A stretch of DNA of 63,164 nucleotides, filler included, from Octopus bimaculoides (lineage: Eukaryota), in NCBI RefSeq assembly GCF_001194135.2. It is 3 parts of 3 records of this genome, joined end to end, with 100 filler letters (N's around TTAATTAATTAA, not from the genome) between each part and the next. Parts side by side here need not be neighbours in the genome. Positions count along the whole stretch, not along the records: positions 38,080 to 63,164 come from NC_069007.1; 2 more parts are not named here. One strand, 5' to 3'. Below are positions 41,601-54,347 of this stretch, piece after piece. Position 1 is the stretch's first letter, and every line of letters starts with the position of its first letter. The position numbers were made by a program, and so were the translations under genes. The notes under the pieces are model-generated. The model ran no database searches, was not told the DNA's origin, and was given only the letters and a program-made list of their open reading frames with translations.

Positions 41601-42501
41601 TCCAACTTATTACTTACCTCTGCATCCAAATCTGTCACACTATTTTCACTTTGTGCACTTATTCACACACCCACCTTTGCTCCTCTTCTGTCCTCTTCTG
41701 TCTCATATTCACTTCCTACCTGGACCTCACCTCTCTCTCTCTCTCTCACTTTCCAGGTGGGCAAGCCATGTGTCTCCCTCTTTGAGACACCTGCTCCTCT
41801 CCCTCTGTCATAATTTCTTATTCTTCCAGTGCATACCCTGCTCTGTTGAGGGGTCTTATTTTCTGGGTACTTGGCAACCTCACTGGTGCTGGTGCTACGT
41901 AAAAACCCCCTAGTATTTTCTGATAAGAGGGGTTAGCATAAAGAAGGGCATCCAAATGTTGAGACCCTGCCAAAACAGACACAGGACCTGATGGCGCCAT
42001 CTGGTTTGTCTGTTCTTATCAAATTATCCAACCCATACCAGCATGGAAAAAAAAAAGGGATGTTAAATGATGATGATATTTCCAATGAGTTAACTTGGGA
42101 TCCCTTGACAACAGTGTAACCTTCATTTAACTAAGGTATCTTCAACCATATGAGTAGCTGGTGGAGTACCCCTCGTTGAGTAATTACTACTTCTGAGGTT
42201 TTGCTACCTAGAAAACCTATGTAACATAGATTTTACCAGTTCCGTTCCCTATTTGGATTTTTGTTCACATACACAGCAACCCCAATTGCTAACATGTGAA
42301 CCATGAAATAACTTTTTTCAGTTTATCGAACTTCGATATGGGAAACATTTACAACTTTCTGCATCAATAAACCGCTATTGTTCCCCGAAAGTTGCTTTTT
42401 ATACATTCTGCAGACTGCTTGAAGCCTAATAACTCCCTACACCTGGCTTCAGGCTTAATAACTCCCTACACCTGCATCCTTGGGTCTTACCTTTACATAT
42501 C

Positions 42502-42533
<32 letters not shown>

Positions 42534-42535
<2 letters not shown>

Positions 42536-42610
42536 GGGTGTGGCAGAAAGGTTGCCCTGGTTTCAAAGGTCAATCATTTGATATTGGGGCAACGTTTCTG
42601 CTGCACCGTG
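42534..42610. mobile_element. 77-bp Tc1/mariner-type mini-MITE
   Basis: 24-bp TIRs with 4 mismatches (CAGGGTGTGGCAGAAAGGTTGCCC versus CACGGTGCAGCAGAAACGTTGCCC), sitting in a (TA)n run. Confidence 0.7.
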
Positions 42611-42618
42611 TGTATATC

Positions 42619-42664
<46 letters not shown>

Positions 42665-44315
42665 TTTTATTCTTTTACTTGTTTCAGTCATTTGACTGTG
42701 GCCATGGTGGAACACTGCCTTTAGCCAAACAAATCAACCCCAGGACTTATTCTTTGTAAGCCCGGTACTTATTCTATTGGTCTGTTTTGCCGAACCACTA
42801 AGTTATGGGGGATGTAAACACACCAGCATCNNNNNNNNNNNNNNNNNNNNNNNNNNNNNNNNNNNNNNNNNNNNNNNNNNNNNNNNNNNNNNNNNNNNNN
42901 NNNNNNNNNNNNNNNNNNNNNNNNNNNNNNNNNNNNNNNNNNNNNNNNNNNNNNNNNNNNNNNNNNNNNNNNNNNNNNNNNNNNNNNNNNNNNNNNNNNN
43001 NNNNNNNNNNNNNNNNNNNNNNNNNNNNNNNNNNNNNNNNNNNNNNNNNNNNNNNNNNNNNNNNNNNNNNNNNNNNNNNNNNNNNNNNNNNNNNNNNNNN
43101 NNNNNNNNNNNNNNNNNNNNNNNNNNNNNNNNNNNNNNNTTTGGAAATATTGGACTGCTATTTCTAACAGGTCAAACAACCACAGCCAGGCCCTTCCCTT
43201 TTTGGCTTTTGATTTTGTGTAATAAAAGTTGCTACGTCTGCTGTCAGGAGGAGGAGGAGGTGGTAGTGAGAAGGAGTAGGAGAAAAATACATGAAACGCT
43301 GCTAATTGCTGAATTCATGTTGGTGGCGGCTGGAGGGGTGACAGAAGAGTTGTGATATACATTTCTGTTTTTTTTTAAATGGATTCTTCCACATTGAAAA
43401 TAGAATCTCCACCCACATCACAACGATATTTTTGTTCCCCGTTCTTTTTTTTTTTTATTTCTTTTCATTCAAATTCTTATTCATACATGTCCCACATTCC
43501 AATCCCTTCTTCCCTGGGCTTCCCCTTTTTACCCACAGTGCACTTTCCTCCTCTCTATTTCTTTCTTCCCCTCCCACTCTGCATCTTTTTTTAGTCGTCT
43601 GCTTGTCTGCCTGCCTGCCTCTTTATATATTTTTCTGTCCTGCATTTCTCCCTCCTTTGTTCTCCTGTTTATCCCTCTTTGATCTTCTCTCTGCCCTCTT
43701 GTCATCTCATTCTATTTCTTTCCTCCCTTTTGTCCTTTATCTTATACTTGTTTCACTCATTAAATCTGCTGCCATGCTGGAGCACCTCTCTAGAACTTGT
43801 ATTTTTCAAGTCCCACATTCATTCTGTTAGTCTTTATGGTGTCAAGCAGTGGTTGGGAACAAAGGCACAGATATATATATTCTTTTACTTATTTCAGTCA
43901 TTTGACTGTGGCCATGCTGGGGTACCGCCTTTTAGTCAAAGAAATTAAGCCCTGGACTTATTCTTTGTAACTTTCTAGGTGCAATCCCATGGTCATTCGT
44001 GACCGAAAGGGGTCACCCTTCATGATGGAGTTATGTTGGATTGTTGGTATGGCTGTTTTTGTATATGTGGAATAGTATTATAACACATACTTTTGATATA
44101 TATATACATACATACACACACACATATATATATATATATACATATACATACACACACATACATACATACATATGTGCGTCTGTGTGTATACATGTGTTTA
44201 TGAGTATATATATGTATACATATGTGTGTATATACAAATGTTTAGGTGCATGCATGAGTATATATATAAATATATATACTTCTGTATACATGTGTACAGG
44301 TGTATGACTATATAA

Positions 44316-44346
<31 letters not shown>

Positions 44347-44400
44347 ATTTGTTACCAATTTTTAATCTTTCTCTCTCTTTTTTTTTCTCTTACTATGCAG

Positions 44401-45342
44401 TTCTCTTCATCTCAGCTGTTTCCATGAAATGTCCAAAGACATCTACAAAGAGATCATAAGCAATTCCTGTCGCCACATCTGTAAGCTGAACTTGAACCAC
44501 TGTTACTGGCTTCCGGCTCAAGTTGTTACCGAAATGGTGCTCAAGTGCCAGAAAGTCACCGACCTGCACCTGATCGAATGCAAACTCCGATCTCATCAAC
44601 TCGTTCAGATTCTTGCAAAGAACCAACTGATCCGGGTATTTTCCTGCTCAATCGCCAGCATCACAGACATAACGGAACAAGTTATGCGGAACAAGGCGGC
44701 ACAGAATACACTCTGGCACCTGAANNNNNNNNNNNNNNNNNNNNNNNNNNNNNNNNNNNNNNNNNNNNNNNNNNNNNNNNNNNNNNNNNNNNNNNNNNNN
44801 NNNNNNNNNNNNNNNNNNNNNNNNNNNNNNNNNNNNNNNNNNNNNNNNNNNNNNNNNNNNNNNNNNNNNNNNNNNGTAATCTAGAGAGTTTACGCGTTCT
44901 GGGCACGCCACATAGGGGATTACCAAAAGACATGCTCAGTCCGCTCATTTTGAATGTAAATAACTTCCAGAGAATCAAAGAACTTGCAATAAACGATGCC
45001 GCCGATCCGGCCGCTCGGATTTTCTTCTTCGGAACTTTATTGGAATTATGTAAAGTAGACCTTCATCTGAAGACTCTGTTGAAGCCGATGGCAAACCTGA
45101 CAACCAAGCCATATTTTGCAAATATTTTCAAAAACATGTCAGAGATGGAGAACTTGGATTTGTCTCGGTCTAACATCGAGGTTCCAATGGATATGATTAA
45201 ATGGGAAGAAGCAGTCAATTTGCGACATTTGAACTTATTAGAGAACATCAAAATCAATAGTGAACAGTTGTCCACGTTAGCTGGTTTGTGTCCACACATT
45301 GTTAGCCTCAATCTTCAATACTGCATCTCATCTTTCCAAGCA
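44401..45342 (+). CDS. FBXL18: F-box/LRR-repeat protein 18, large LRR exon (internal N gap 44724-44875)
   Basis: Pyrimidine tract plus TATGCAG acceptor at 44400; donor GCA|GTATGT at 45343. Reads SLHLSCFHEMSKDIYKEIISNSCRHICKLNLNHCYWLPAQVVTEMVLKCQKVTDLHLIECKL...CPHIVSLNLQYCISSFQA, resembling human FBXL18 as recalled (IQQLSMAGCYWLPGSTVEHVARC...SLNLSGC). The frame shift across the gap is attributed to the estimated gap length. Confidence 0.9.
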
Positions 45343-45783
45343 GTATGTTACCATTTTCATTTTTGACTTTGTTTTTGTATGTTTCTATATGCAGATACAC
45401 ACACATACACACTCTACATAAGTGTGCATACACATACATTCATTATTGACATAAACTCACACTCATAATTTCTTAATTACATAAACACACTCATATGCAC
45501 ACACACGCTCACTCACTCCCACACACATTTATTTATATGTTCCCCTTGTTATTTGTATCTCTTGATTTGGTTTCTTGTGTACCACTAATTGTATTTAATT
45601 ACACTGTAAACTAGATATTTTTTTTATGAGTTTATTGAGCACTCTCACAAACTGCTCTGCAAAATACAGCTAGTTGTATTTTGTGAAGTATCTTATTTGA
45701 GAGCTGTCTTATTCAAGAGTGCTTGTGCAGATCCATTTTTATGAATATATGTACACATACATACATGCACATATAAAAAATAT

Positions 45784-45840
<57 letters not shown>

Positions 45841-46180
45841 TCTGCATCATGTGTTTTGCTCATGTTCGTATATGTACATATAATTATTTATGGGATTTCA
45901 GAGATTTTTGACACCAAACTTCGTTTGTGGAGTTGTAAGTTCATAAGTTGAAATACATGTTCTTTCTGTGAATCATATGATGTCACAATGGTTTTTCTGT
46001 GAATCATGTGAAGTCACAAGTATGTGCTATGCATATTTATCTGTGTAGGTAGGGATTCCAACATAAGTTCATGGGAGTATGTGTCTTTAATGCATAACAT
46101 ACATATAATCAATATCCAAAAACTTGTCCAAGTTGGATTGATAGCAAAGTGGGTAGGGATTTATGCTTGAAATTTCAAAG

Positions 46181-46767
46181 TATGAACTGTTGCTTGTACA
46201 TGCATGGGGAGAAGGTTTCCTCCCTAATATTCAAAACATTTTCTATTGATGTTATATTTAATTTTTCCATGATAGAGAATTTACTGTCCCGTCCCCTATA
46301 TTTGGTTTCCTTTTCTATGATTCTCCAGTTTGTATGGGGCTGGGGTTTGTTCATGTTTCTCTCTTTCAGTGTTCATACAATTTGGATAAAGATTTGTTTC
46401 TTTTGTTTGGTCTTTGAATGAAGTCAAATGCTGTGTATATCTCTCCTTGAAGGTGTTTCCTGTCATTCCAGTGTAAGTTTTTGTTGCTGGCCTTGTGCAC
46501 TGGTTCTTTTTTCTGGGACCTGTAGTTCAGGGGACAGTTGGTGGAGATCTACAATTACAGGATCTTTTGTAGGTGTTCCTAATGTTGTTATTCTCATTGT
46601 GATTGAAAAATCATCGATCCTCTGTTGGGGAGGCAACTATAGCTAACTTTAACCGTATTTCTATTGAAGATCTTGCAGTATTTATGTGAATGCAGGGAGT
46701 GAGTACCTACGATCTTCAGAAATTCTCTAGCTATATTTCTAGGCGCAGTCATGTTGTATGGAGGATT
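46181..46767 (-). mobile_element. Penelope-like retroelement remnant (linker plus GIY-YIG endonuclease), frameshifted
   Basis: Minus-strand fragments NPPYN..RNIAREFLKIV..HKYCKIFNRNTVKVSYSCLPN, SCNCR, NCPLN, KTYTGMTGNTFKERYTQHLTSF and WRIIEK...LNIREE...CMYKQQF follow the recalled PLE endonuclease motif order. Confidence 0.85.
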
Positions 46768-47299
46768 ATCCATACAGCAAAGATACACACAGACACACAC
46801 ACTGATGATAGGCTTCTTCACAGTTTCCATCTCTCAGATTCATTCATAGGGCATTGTCTTTCTCTGGGCTATACTTGAAGACAATCGCCCAAGATGCTGC
46901 TCAGTGGGACTGAGCCATGCTTGAGCCTATAAATATTTTATGAATTTGTTTGTCAGCCTTGTGTAGTCCCCCCTACTTCCATTGCACAATTCTTCTTTGT
47001 ATCATTCTAATTTTTAACTCCCCCCTATATTGCCAGCCCTCCCTCCCTTCCACTACATACTAACTGACTCATGTCACACACTGCTTCTCACACAAATTCT
47101 CTCCATCTCTTTCTCTCTCTTCTCCCCTCACCTCATTCTTTGCGATCACCACTTTTACTTCCTGTTTTTTTGTAGTCTTTATAATGGATTGATGTCAGTA
47201 TAAAACTCTGTGTGTGTGTGTGTGTGTGTGTGTTTGCTGAACCACTGTGGTCAGACCTCCAAGCTTAAAGCGAGGGATCCAGGGATCCGATTGTATGGT

Positions 47300-47450
47300 C
47301 CGACTCCCACATTAAAATTACTAAGCACAAACAGGAAGACTGCCAGAATCTTGTTCAAAGATCAGTTTACGTAGCCACATGAAAGCATTCTGCCCTTCCT
47401 CTTCATCTTTGGACATGAAGGACTGGCTTCCTCCTCCTCCTCATCATATA
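47300..47450 (+). mobile_element. Possible RTE-type LINE 3' end
   Basis: ...CSKISLRSHMKAF followed by TCATCTTTGGACATGAAGGACTG and a short tandem tail. Confidence 0.4.
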
Positions 47451-47679
47451 TATATACATAATATATACAGGCAGATATAAAGTAGTGTTGTGTCTTCATT
47501 AATTTATTTATTAAGCTAAGGTTATTTTAGGAATATTTGCCTGTGCATTCAATTAATGTAAACATACAATACAGCTGCAGTTGTAACAGAAATGTATGGT
47601 AGTCAATAAGGGCAAAAATATTGCTGACGATGACACTGCATAAATAAATAATATTATAAATATTCCCCATATTGCACAC

Positions 47680-48095
47680 AGGTGCTGGCGTGGCTGTGTG
47701 GTAAGAAGCTGGGTGATTCCGGGTTCAGTCCCACTGCGTGGCACCTTGAGCAAGTGTCTCTTTGAGCTGACCAAAGCCTTGTGAGTGGATCTGGTAGATG
47801 GAAACTGAAAGAAGCCTGTCGTGTATATGTGTGTGTATGTGTGTGTCATTGTGTTTGTATTTGTACCCCACCATTGCTTGACAACCATGATGATGATGAC
47901 TGTCATAAGTAGGGTCTTGCATTTCTAATCTTCCAAACGTATCTGGTTATGGGGAAATATTATCTTGCATGGCAACAGGTGGGCGTTGGCAACAGGAAGA
48001 GCATCCAGGCGTAGGAAATAAGTGTCGATAAATTCTGTCTGACTCATGTGACCATGGAAAAGTAGACATTAAAGCGACGATGATGATGATGATGA
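47680..48095 (+). mobile_element. SINE with a B-type head and a D-like (GAT)n tail
   Basis: B head and centre to about 47885, then TTGGCAACAGGAAGAGCATCC...CATGGAAAAGTAGACATTAAA(GAT)n. A reverse relative of the tail lies at about 55560-55700. Confidence 0.7.
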
Positions 48096-48203
48096 TATAC
48101 ACCTCTGTATTTTTGTGTGTTTCTATATGTGTATGTATATGCGTGTGTGTGTGTGTGTGTGTGTGCTTGTATATGTGTTTCTTTGTCTGTGTGCATCTGT
48201 GTG

Positions 48204-48240
<37 letters not shown>

Positions 48241-48466
48241 GTATAATTATGTATAATTATGTGTGCATACATATGCATTTGTATGTATATCATCATCATC
48301 ATCATCATCATCGTTTAACGTCCGCCTTCCATGCTAGCATGGGTGTGTGAATCAATGTGTGTGTGTGTGTGTGGATATATATGCATTTCTATGTATGTGT
48401 GTATATCTACATGAGTTGTGTGTATTTGTATGTCTATATATGTGTGTGTGTATATGTGTGTGTGTA

Positions 48467-48505
<39 letters not shown>

Positions 48506-48919
48506 CTTGTTTTGCACGTATGTGTTCACCTGTGTGTGTGTGTGTATGTATGTACGTATACGGAATGTGTTGTGTGTGTTGAATGTGTTTTCGTGTGTGC
48601 GTGCGCGCAAGTGTATATATATATTTCCATATATATTTTTGAACAAGAATTGATTTTGTTTTTTCCTTATTCTTTCTCCCCTGTGACTTTAATTTCCAAA
48701 CTATTTGTGACATTCCAAGAGAAATGTCTCTATTAATAAACCAGTTAAGACTGGTGTTGATGACTACAAAAACCAGTTTAAACCAGTGTAGTTTTACATT
48801 ACAAAACTAGTGTGAACTGGTATTGTTGACTATAAAACTGGCTTAAAACACTTTCAATCTTTAAATTCTTTCGTCACCAATTTTCTCCACAACTAATGAA
48901 TATTTACAATTAATTCTTT

Positions 48920-49260
48920 TAGATGTGCATTCACCACTACTACTACTACTTCTAGTTCTTCTTAATCTTCTTAGCCTCCTCTTTTTCTTCTTTTCCCTTT
49001 CCTTCTTCGTTGCTGTCTTCTTTTCTTTTATCTCTTTTTCCTTTTCCTTCTTTTTCCTTTTCGCGTCCTTTTTCTTTCTTTTTTTTCATTTTTTCATTTT
49101 CATCTTTTCCACCTCCTTCTTCTGTGCCTTCTCCTTTTTTTCTTCTCGTTCTCTTTCTCCTCCTCCTCCTCCTCCCCTTCCTCTTTTTCTTTGCCTCGCC
49201 TTTTTTTCCTGTTTGTCTATCTACCCCTCCTCCGCCTCCTCTCACTAAACATAACAACAC
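48920..49260. repeat. Pyrimidine-rich (TTC/CCT) low-complexity tract
   Basis: Seen directly. Confidence 0.85.
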
Positions 49261-49769
49261 CACCAACAACTAAAGCTAAACACTCTCCATTATTCACCGA
49301 AATCTTCCGTTGTCCAGACGTGATTCTTTTGTTGTGATGGACCTACGTCTTTGATTAGGTTTCTTTGAAGAACAACTGTCTTGATAATTAAATCTTTATT
49401 AACTAACGATATATCTCAAAGCAAGTGCCTCCATAAACGATAGCCTCTCATACGGTGCTTATCAAACTTTCTTTTAATTATGGTCCCCTTTTCTTTCACA
49501 AATACATTTTCAGTTCCCACTTCCGTTGCTATGATTGAAAACCCTACTCCCATCCATGGTTCAGTCCCACTGCATGGCACCTGGGACGTGTGTGTTTTCT
49601 GGGGCCACTGGTCAATCAGTTCCTTGTGAGTCAATTTGTTAATCAATTGAGTGTAGAATGTTATCCCAGATCAGTGATCAGCAAATTGGTGAATAAACAA
49701 AGCTACATGTAATATCTCCAGGAATAATCTAATGACTGTGGATGGCAAAAGTGGTGGGGTGTTGATAAA

Positions 49770-51070
49770 CAAAGTACCAGTCATGTACTGGGGTTGTTTT
49801 AATTGACTTACCGCTTCCTTTAGAATTGCTGGCCTTGTGCTTCAATTAAAAACCATTATTGCTATTAAGATGGCAGTTTGCCTTAACATGGCGGACAAAA
49901 TGCCTGGTTGTATATTGTCCATCTTTACGTTCTGAGTTCAAATTCCACTGAGGTCGACTTTGCTTTTCATCCTTTCGAGGTTGATGAAATAAGTGCCAGT
50001 TGTGCACAGGGGTGGGGGTTGTGGTGGTGGTTGTGGTGGTGGTGGAGTCGATGTAATCAACTTAATCCCTCCTCCCAAATTTCAGGCCTTGTGCCTATAA
50101 TAGGAATGTTATGATGGCAAACTGACTGAACCAGTTAAAGCATCTGAACAGAGCTGTGGAGTCGAAACAAAGAACTTCCACTCCGACTCCTCTATGGAAT
50201 TAAATGATTGTCGTCTATTTTATCGCCTCCAACCCCAATTACCCCTTAATTGGTTCTGGGTCTGACTCTGCAGCCCTACATCTGACAAAGTGCTTAGTAT
50301 CATTACATCTGGCACTTTACCTCCTGAGTTCAAATCCTACCAAAGTCAGCTTTACCTTTCATTCTTCTAGGGTCGTTAAAATAAGATACTGGTCAAGAAT
50401 TAGAGGTTGATGTAATCGAATAATCCCCTCCTACAAATTTCAGTCCTTGGCCCTTTGAAAGAAGGGATTATAAACACAGCTAGCTGCCAGAAGTGTTAGA
50501 GCATTGCAAAGAATTACTTTGCAATATTCGCTTCAACTCGTTACGTTCTGAGTTCAAATTCTGCCGAGGTTGACTTTGCCGTTCGTCCTTTTGGGGTCGG
50601 TAAATTAAGTACCAGTGAAACACTGGGGTTGATGTAAATGACTAGTCCCCTCCCCCAAATTTCAGGCCTTGTGTCTTTAGTAGAAAGGATTGCTGTTATT
50701 GTTAAGATGCTTCAGATAATATTTAAGGGCATTTTTTCTGGCTTTTTGTTCTGAGTTCAAATTCCACCAAGATCAACTTCACCTTTCATCCTTTTGAGGT
50801 TGATAAAACAATTAGCAGATGAGAATTGGGGTCAATGTAATCAACAATCCTCTGCTCCCGTCCCCAAATTTCTGGCCTTGTGCCTATAGCAGAAAGAACT
50901 ATCATTATTATTATGATGATGATGATGATGAATGGGGTTGTGGATTAGAAGAATTGTTGTTTTGCAGTATTTGTTCTTTCTTTTTACATTCTTGGTTCAA
51001 ATCCCACCGAAGTTAACTGTGCTTTTAATCCCTCACAAGTTGATAAAGATAAAATACCAGTCATATACTG
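49770..51070 (+). mobile_element. Head-to-tail array of about 6 decayed family A SINEs
   Basis: The repeated B-box/centre motif GAGTTCAAAT...TTTCATCC.TT...GTTGAT occurs near 49935, 50325, 50550, 50750 and 50995, plus a tail at 49770-49860. Confidence 0.8.
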
Positions 51071-51419
51071 GGGAAGGGGGGGGGGCTCAGTATAAAAACA
51101 CTATTGTGTCACTACTTGCGCCACAAGACCTGATTTCTCTTCATCCGTAATTGATTATGAGCTAACGAGAGAGAGAGCTCGTATGTGGTTGGTTTATCTG
51201 CTAGAAACAGCAGCCAGATCTCCCTCGAATCACTCTGCGCCGTGAAGGACACACTGGATGTGTGCCCCTAGGTAAACTATGCCTTCCTCTCTCTCCCTGC
51301 ATGGAAGGAAAATAAACATTGGAAAAGTACTGGATGGTCACAGCTGGAGTGTCTCTGATCATGTATTTGCTTCAGCGGGCGTGGGGGGAGGGGGGGTCAC
51401 CTGTAACTATAAGATAACT

Positions 51420-51767
51420 ACTTCTTCATTATCATCATGATAGTTAACGATAATTATTGGCATTGTCATCATCTCTATTGATATCGTCATTACCACCACT
51501 ACCACTTCCGTCATCACTGCCATCATCACCATCACTACTGTCATCACCATTATCGTCATCATCATCATCATCGTTGTCGTCGTCGTCGTCATCACCACTA
51601 CATCATCATTGTCGTCATCATTGTGCATACACCCACCACCGCTCCTAATCGTCATCACCACCACCACCATCACCGCTATCATTGTTGTCACTAGCATCAT
51701 CATTTTTGTCGTCATCGTTCATCATCTTTGGTGTCATCATCGTTATCACGCATACACCCACCATCAC

Positions 51768-51803
<36 letters not shown>

Positions 51804-51805
51804 GA
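51420..51805. repeat. Degenerate (CAT/CAC/CGT)n trinucleotide tract
   Basis: Seen directly; source of the poly-His and poly-Met pseudo-ORFs. Confidence 0.9.
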
Positions 51806-52098
51806 TAGATGTCAGATGTCCCTAAACGACCAACAAATGATTTTTATCTCTAAACATTATTATTTAAATGTAATCCTGCTTATTATCGCAGACAAATGTA
51901 ACACTGTGCATGTGCGTGTGCATGTGAGTGCGTGTGTGTGTCTGTGTGTGTGTGTGTGTGTGTGTCCCTCGCACCCCTCCCTGCCATCTCTGTTTTCTAA
52001 TCTCTAAGTGTCTTTGTATTCCACTGAGATCTCCGTAGCTTGGTGCAGTTACGGAAAAAATCAATAGAATTATGTTCAGACTGCTATGACTCACGCAT

Positions 52099-52140
<42 letters not shown>

Positions 52141-53340
52141 ATACGTACAAAAACACATAAGTGACATGTGCAGAATCACACATTTGTCTAGCACACATAC
52201 ACACACATACATCAATACATACATACACACTTCTTAAATGTGCACTGTCACATGCATACACATATTGATACATATACACACACACACATCTGTACGTGTA
52301 TGTATATACACACACACACACACTCACGTGCACACACGTGTCTATATATGTATATATATATATAACAGAGAAAGAGAGTGTGAGATGCATGCACACACAC
52401 ACACACACACACTCACATACACTAATATGCAATGGGCTTCTTTCAGTTTTCATTTTCTAAATCCACTCACAAGGCTTCGGTTGTCCTGAGGCTGCAGAAG
52501 ATATTTATTTACCAACGGTGCCAAGCCATGAGATTGAATACAAAACTCTAGGGTTACTGACACCTTCACACACACACACACACAGCATGTGCATACATAC
52601 ATGTACCTGTACACGTGCACATTACTGATATAGTTTACAGCTGTCTTTGCAAGCATGTTCTGTGCTTTTTGCTTATTGTTTTTGCTGCGTTGGAGCCTTA
52701 AGCAGATGTAAACACCATCTAAGCACTTTCACCTTTGACCCAGTGAAACATCGAGTATGTGGCAACTGGAGGGTGGGGGAGATAGGGATGGAATTACATG
52801 AAATGAACTTTAGGGTAAGTCAAAATATTTTGTGACATATATTCTAACTTTTAAAGGCAAATTCACTGCTGTTTATTTAAAAGGTGTAACTAAAAAAAAA
52901 GGCCTTTTTTGCTCAGTAACGGACTCCTGGATGTGTTTCTGGCTCCTTAACCTTCTTCAGTAGAAGATACCAAAGAGAGACAACTGTGAGCAGATTCTAA
53001 AGCCATAGCTTTATTTTGGCACAGTCAATGTCATTGACTGATTGTACTTGCAGACCACTTAGAATAGATACAGCATCATTGGTGCCAAGCAGTGATGAAG
53101 AGCGAACAAAGATAAAAGAAATTTGTGTGTATCTTTTGTTAAATATGTCACAAAATGTTGTAAACATTAATGAGAGGATCGAAGAAGAAAATGTCAGGGC
53201 TTCCTGAAGGATGTCCCTTGTAATATTTGCTTAACCCTGAGTTACAGATACTCTCTTCATCAGGGATTGGTTTGTTGGTTAACTCAGTAAGGAACAAGGA
53301 AGACATGGAGAAAATATTGTTGTTGAGCAATTATCCTCTA

Positions 53341-53504
53341 CAGGTGCAAGCGTGGCTGTGTGGTAAGTAGCTTGCTTACCAACCACATGGTTCCAGGTTC
53401 AGTCCCACTGTGTGGCACTTTGGCCAAGTGTCTTCTACTATAGCCTCCGGCTGGCCAAAGCCTTGTGAGTGGTTTTGGTAGACGGAAACTGAAAGAAGCC
53501 CATC

Positions 53505-53537
<33 letters not shown>

Positions 53538-53912
53538 TATAGGGCAGGGAATCGTTTTTTGTTCTGTGTGTGCCATAAATATCGCCATCCGTTAGAGAAA
53601 AAATTTGTAGTTTGGAATCAGTAGTTCTTTGACTGCTATTTCTAAATTCTCAGTATGTTGGAGAAGCAACTCGTGCTAATCCCTGTATATTTATGATTAT
53701 ATATATAAATATGTTTGTGTGTCTGTTTGTCCCCTCCCACCATTGCTTGACAACCGATGCAGGTGTGTTTACGTCCCCGTATCCTAGCGGTTCGGCAGAA
53801 AGAAACCGATAGAATAAGTACTAGGCTTACAAAGAATAAGTCCTGGTGTCGATTTGAGTTGACTAAAGGCAGTGCTCCAGCATGGCCACATTCAAATGAC
53901 TGAAACATGAAA
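53341..53912 (+). mobile_element. Full-length SINE family B with a ~165-bp insert in its internal (TA)n
   Basis: TGGCTGTGTGG and GGTTCAGTCCC boxes; body continues to GACTGAAAC; unrelated sequence at about 53528-53692. Confidence 0.9.
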
Positions 53913-54310
53913 GAATACCAATATATGTCAGTGCTTGTGTGCCTACTGTGTGTGTGGATGCAGACATTTATGTACCTGTGTGTGTATTTGTATACATGTC
54001 AGGGAGTGGATGTACATGTGTATTAGTGTGTGTGTGTGTATGTGTACGTTTATATGAGTCTGTATGTACATATATATATATATATATGGGTGGGGGATGT
54101 ATATGTTTATTAGTGTGTGTGTGTGTGTTAGCACATTTGAGTGTGTGTATACATAACTGTCAGTGAATATGTCTATGTGGGGGTGTGTCTCTCTTTCTCT
54201 CTCTGTGGGGGAGATGCACAGAGATATAAGTGTCAGTGACTGTGTGTGTGTCTGTATGTATCTCTCTCTCTCTCTCTCTCTCCCAAACACTCACACAATT
54301 ATACATGTAT

Positions 54311-54347
<37 letters not shown>

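Noticed and set aside
49270-49520. Coding-looking minus-strand stretch; similar stretches at 42105-42420, 52850-53340 and 57380-57800
   Set aside because: Interrupted by stops and I recognised no motif. Possibly old transposon debris, but I cannot support a call.
51407-52007. Poly-His and poly-Met ORFs suggesting a metal-binding protein
   Set aside because: Degenerate CAT/CAC microsatellite inside an intron, with no coding context.
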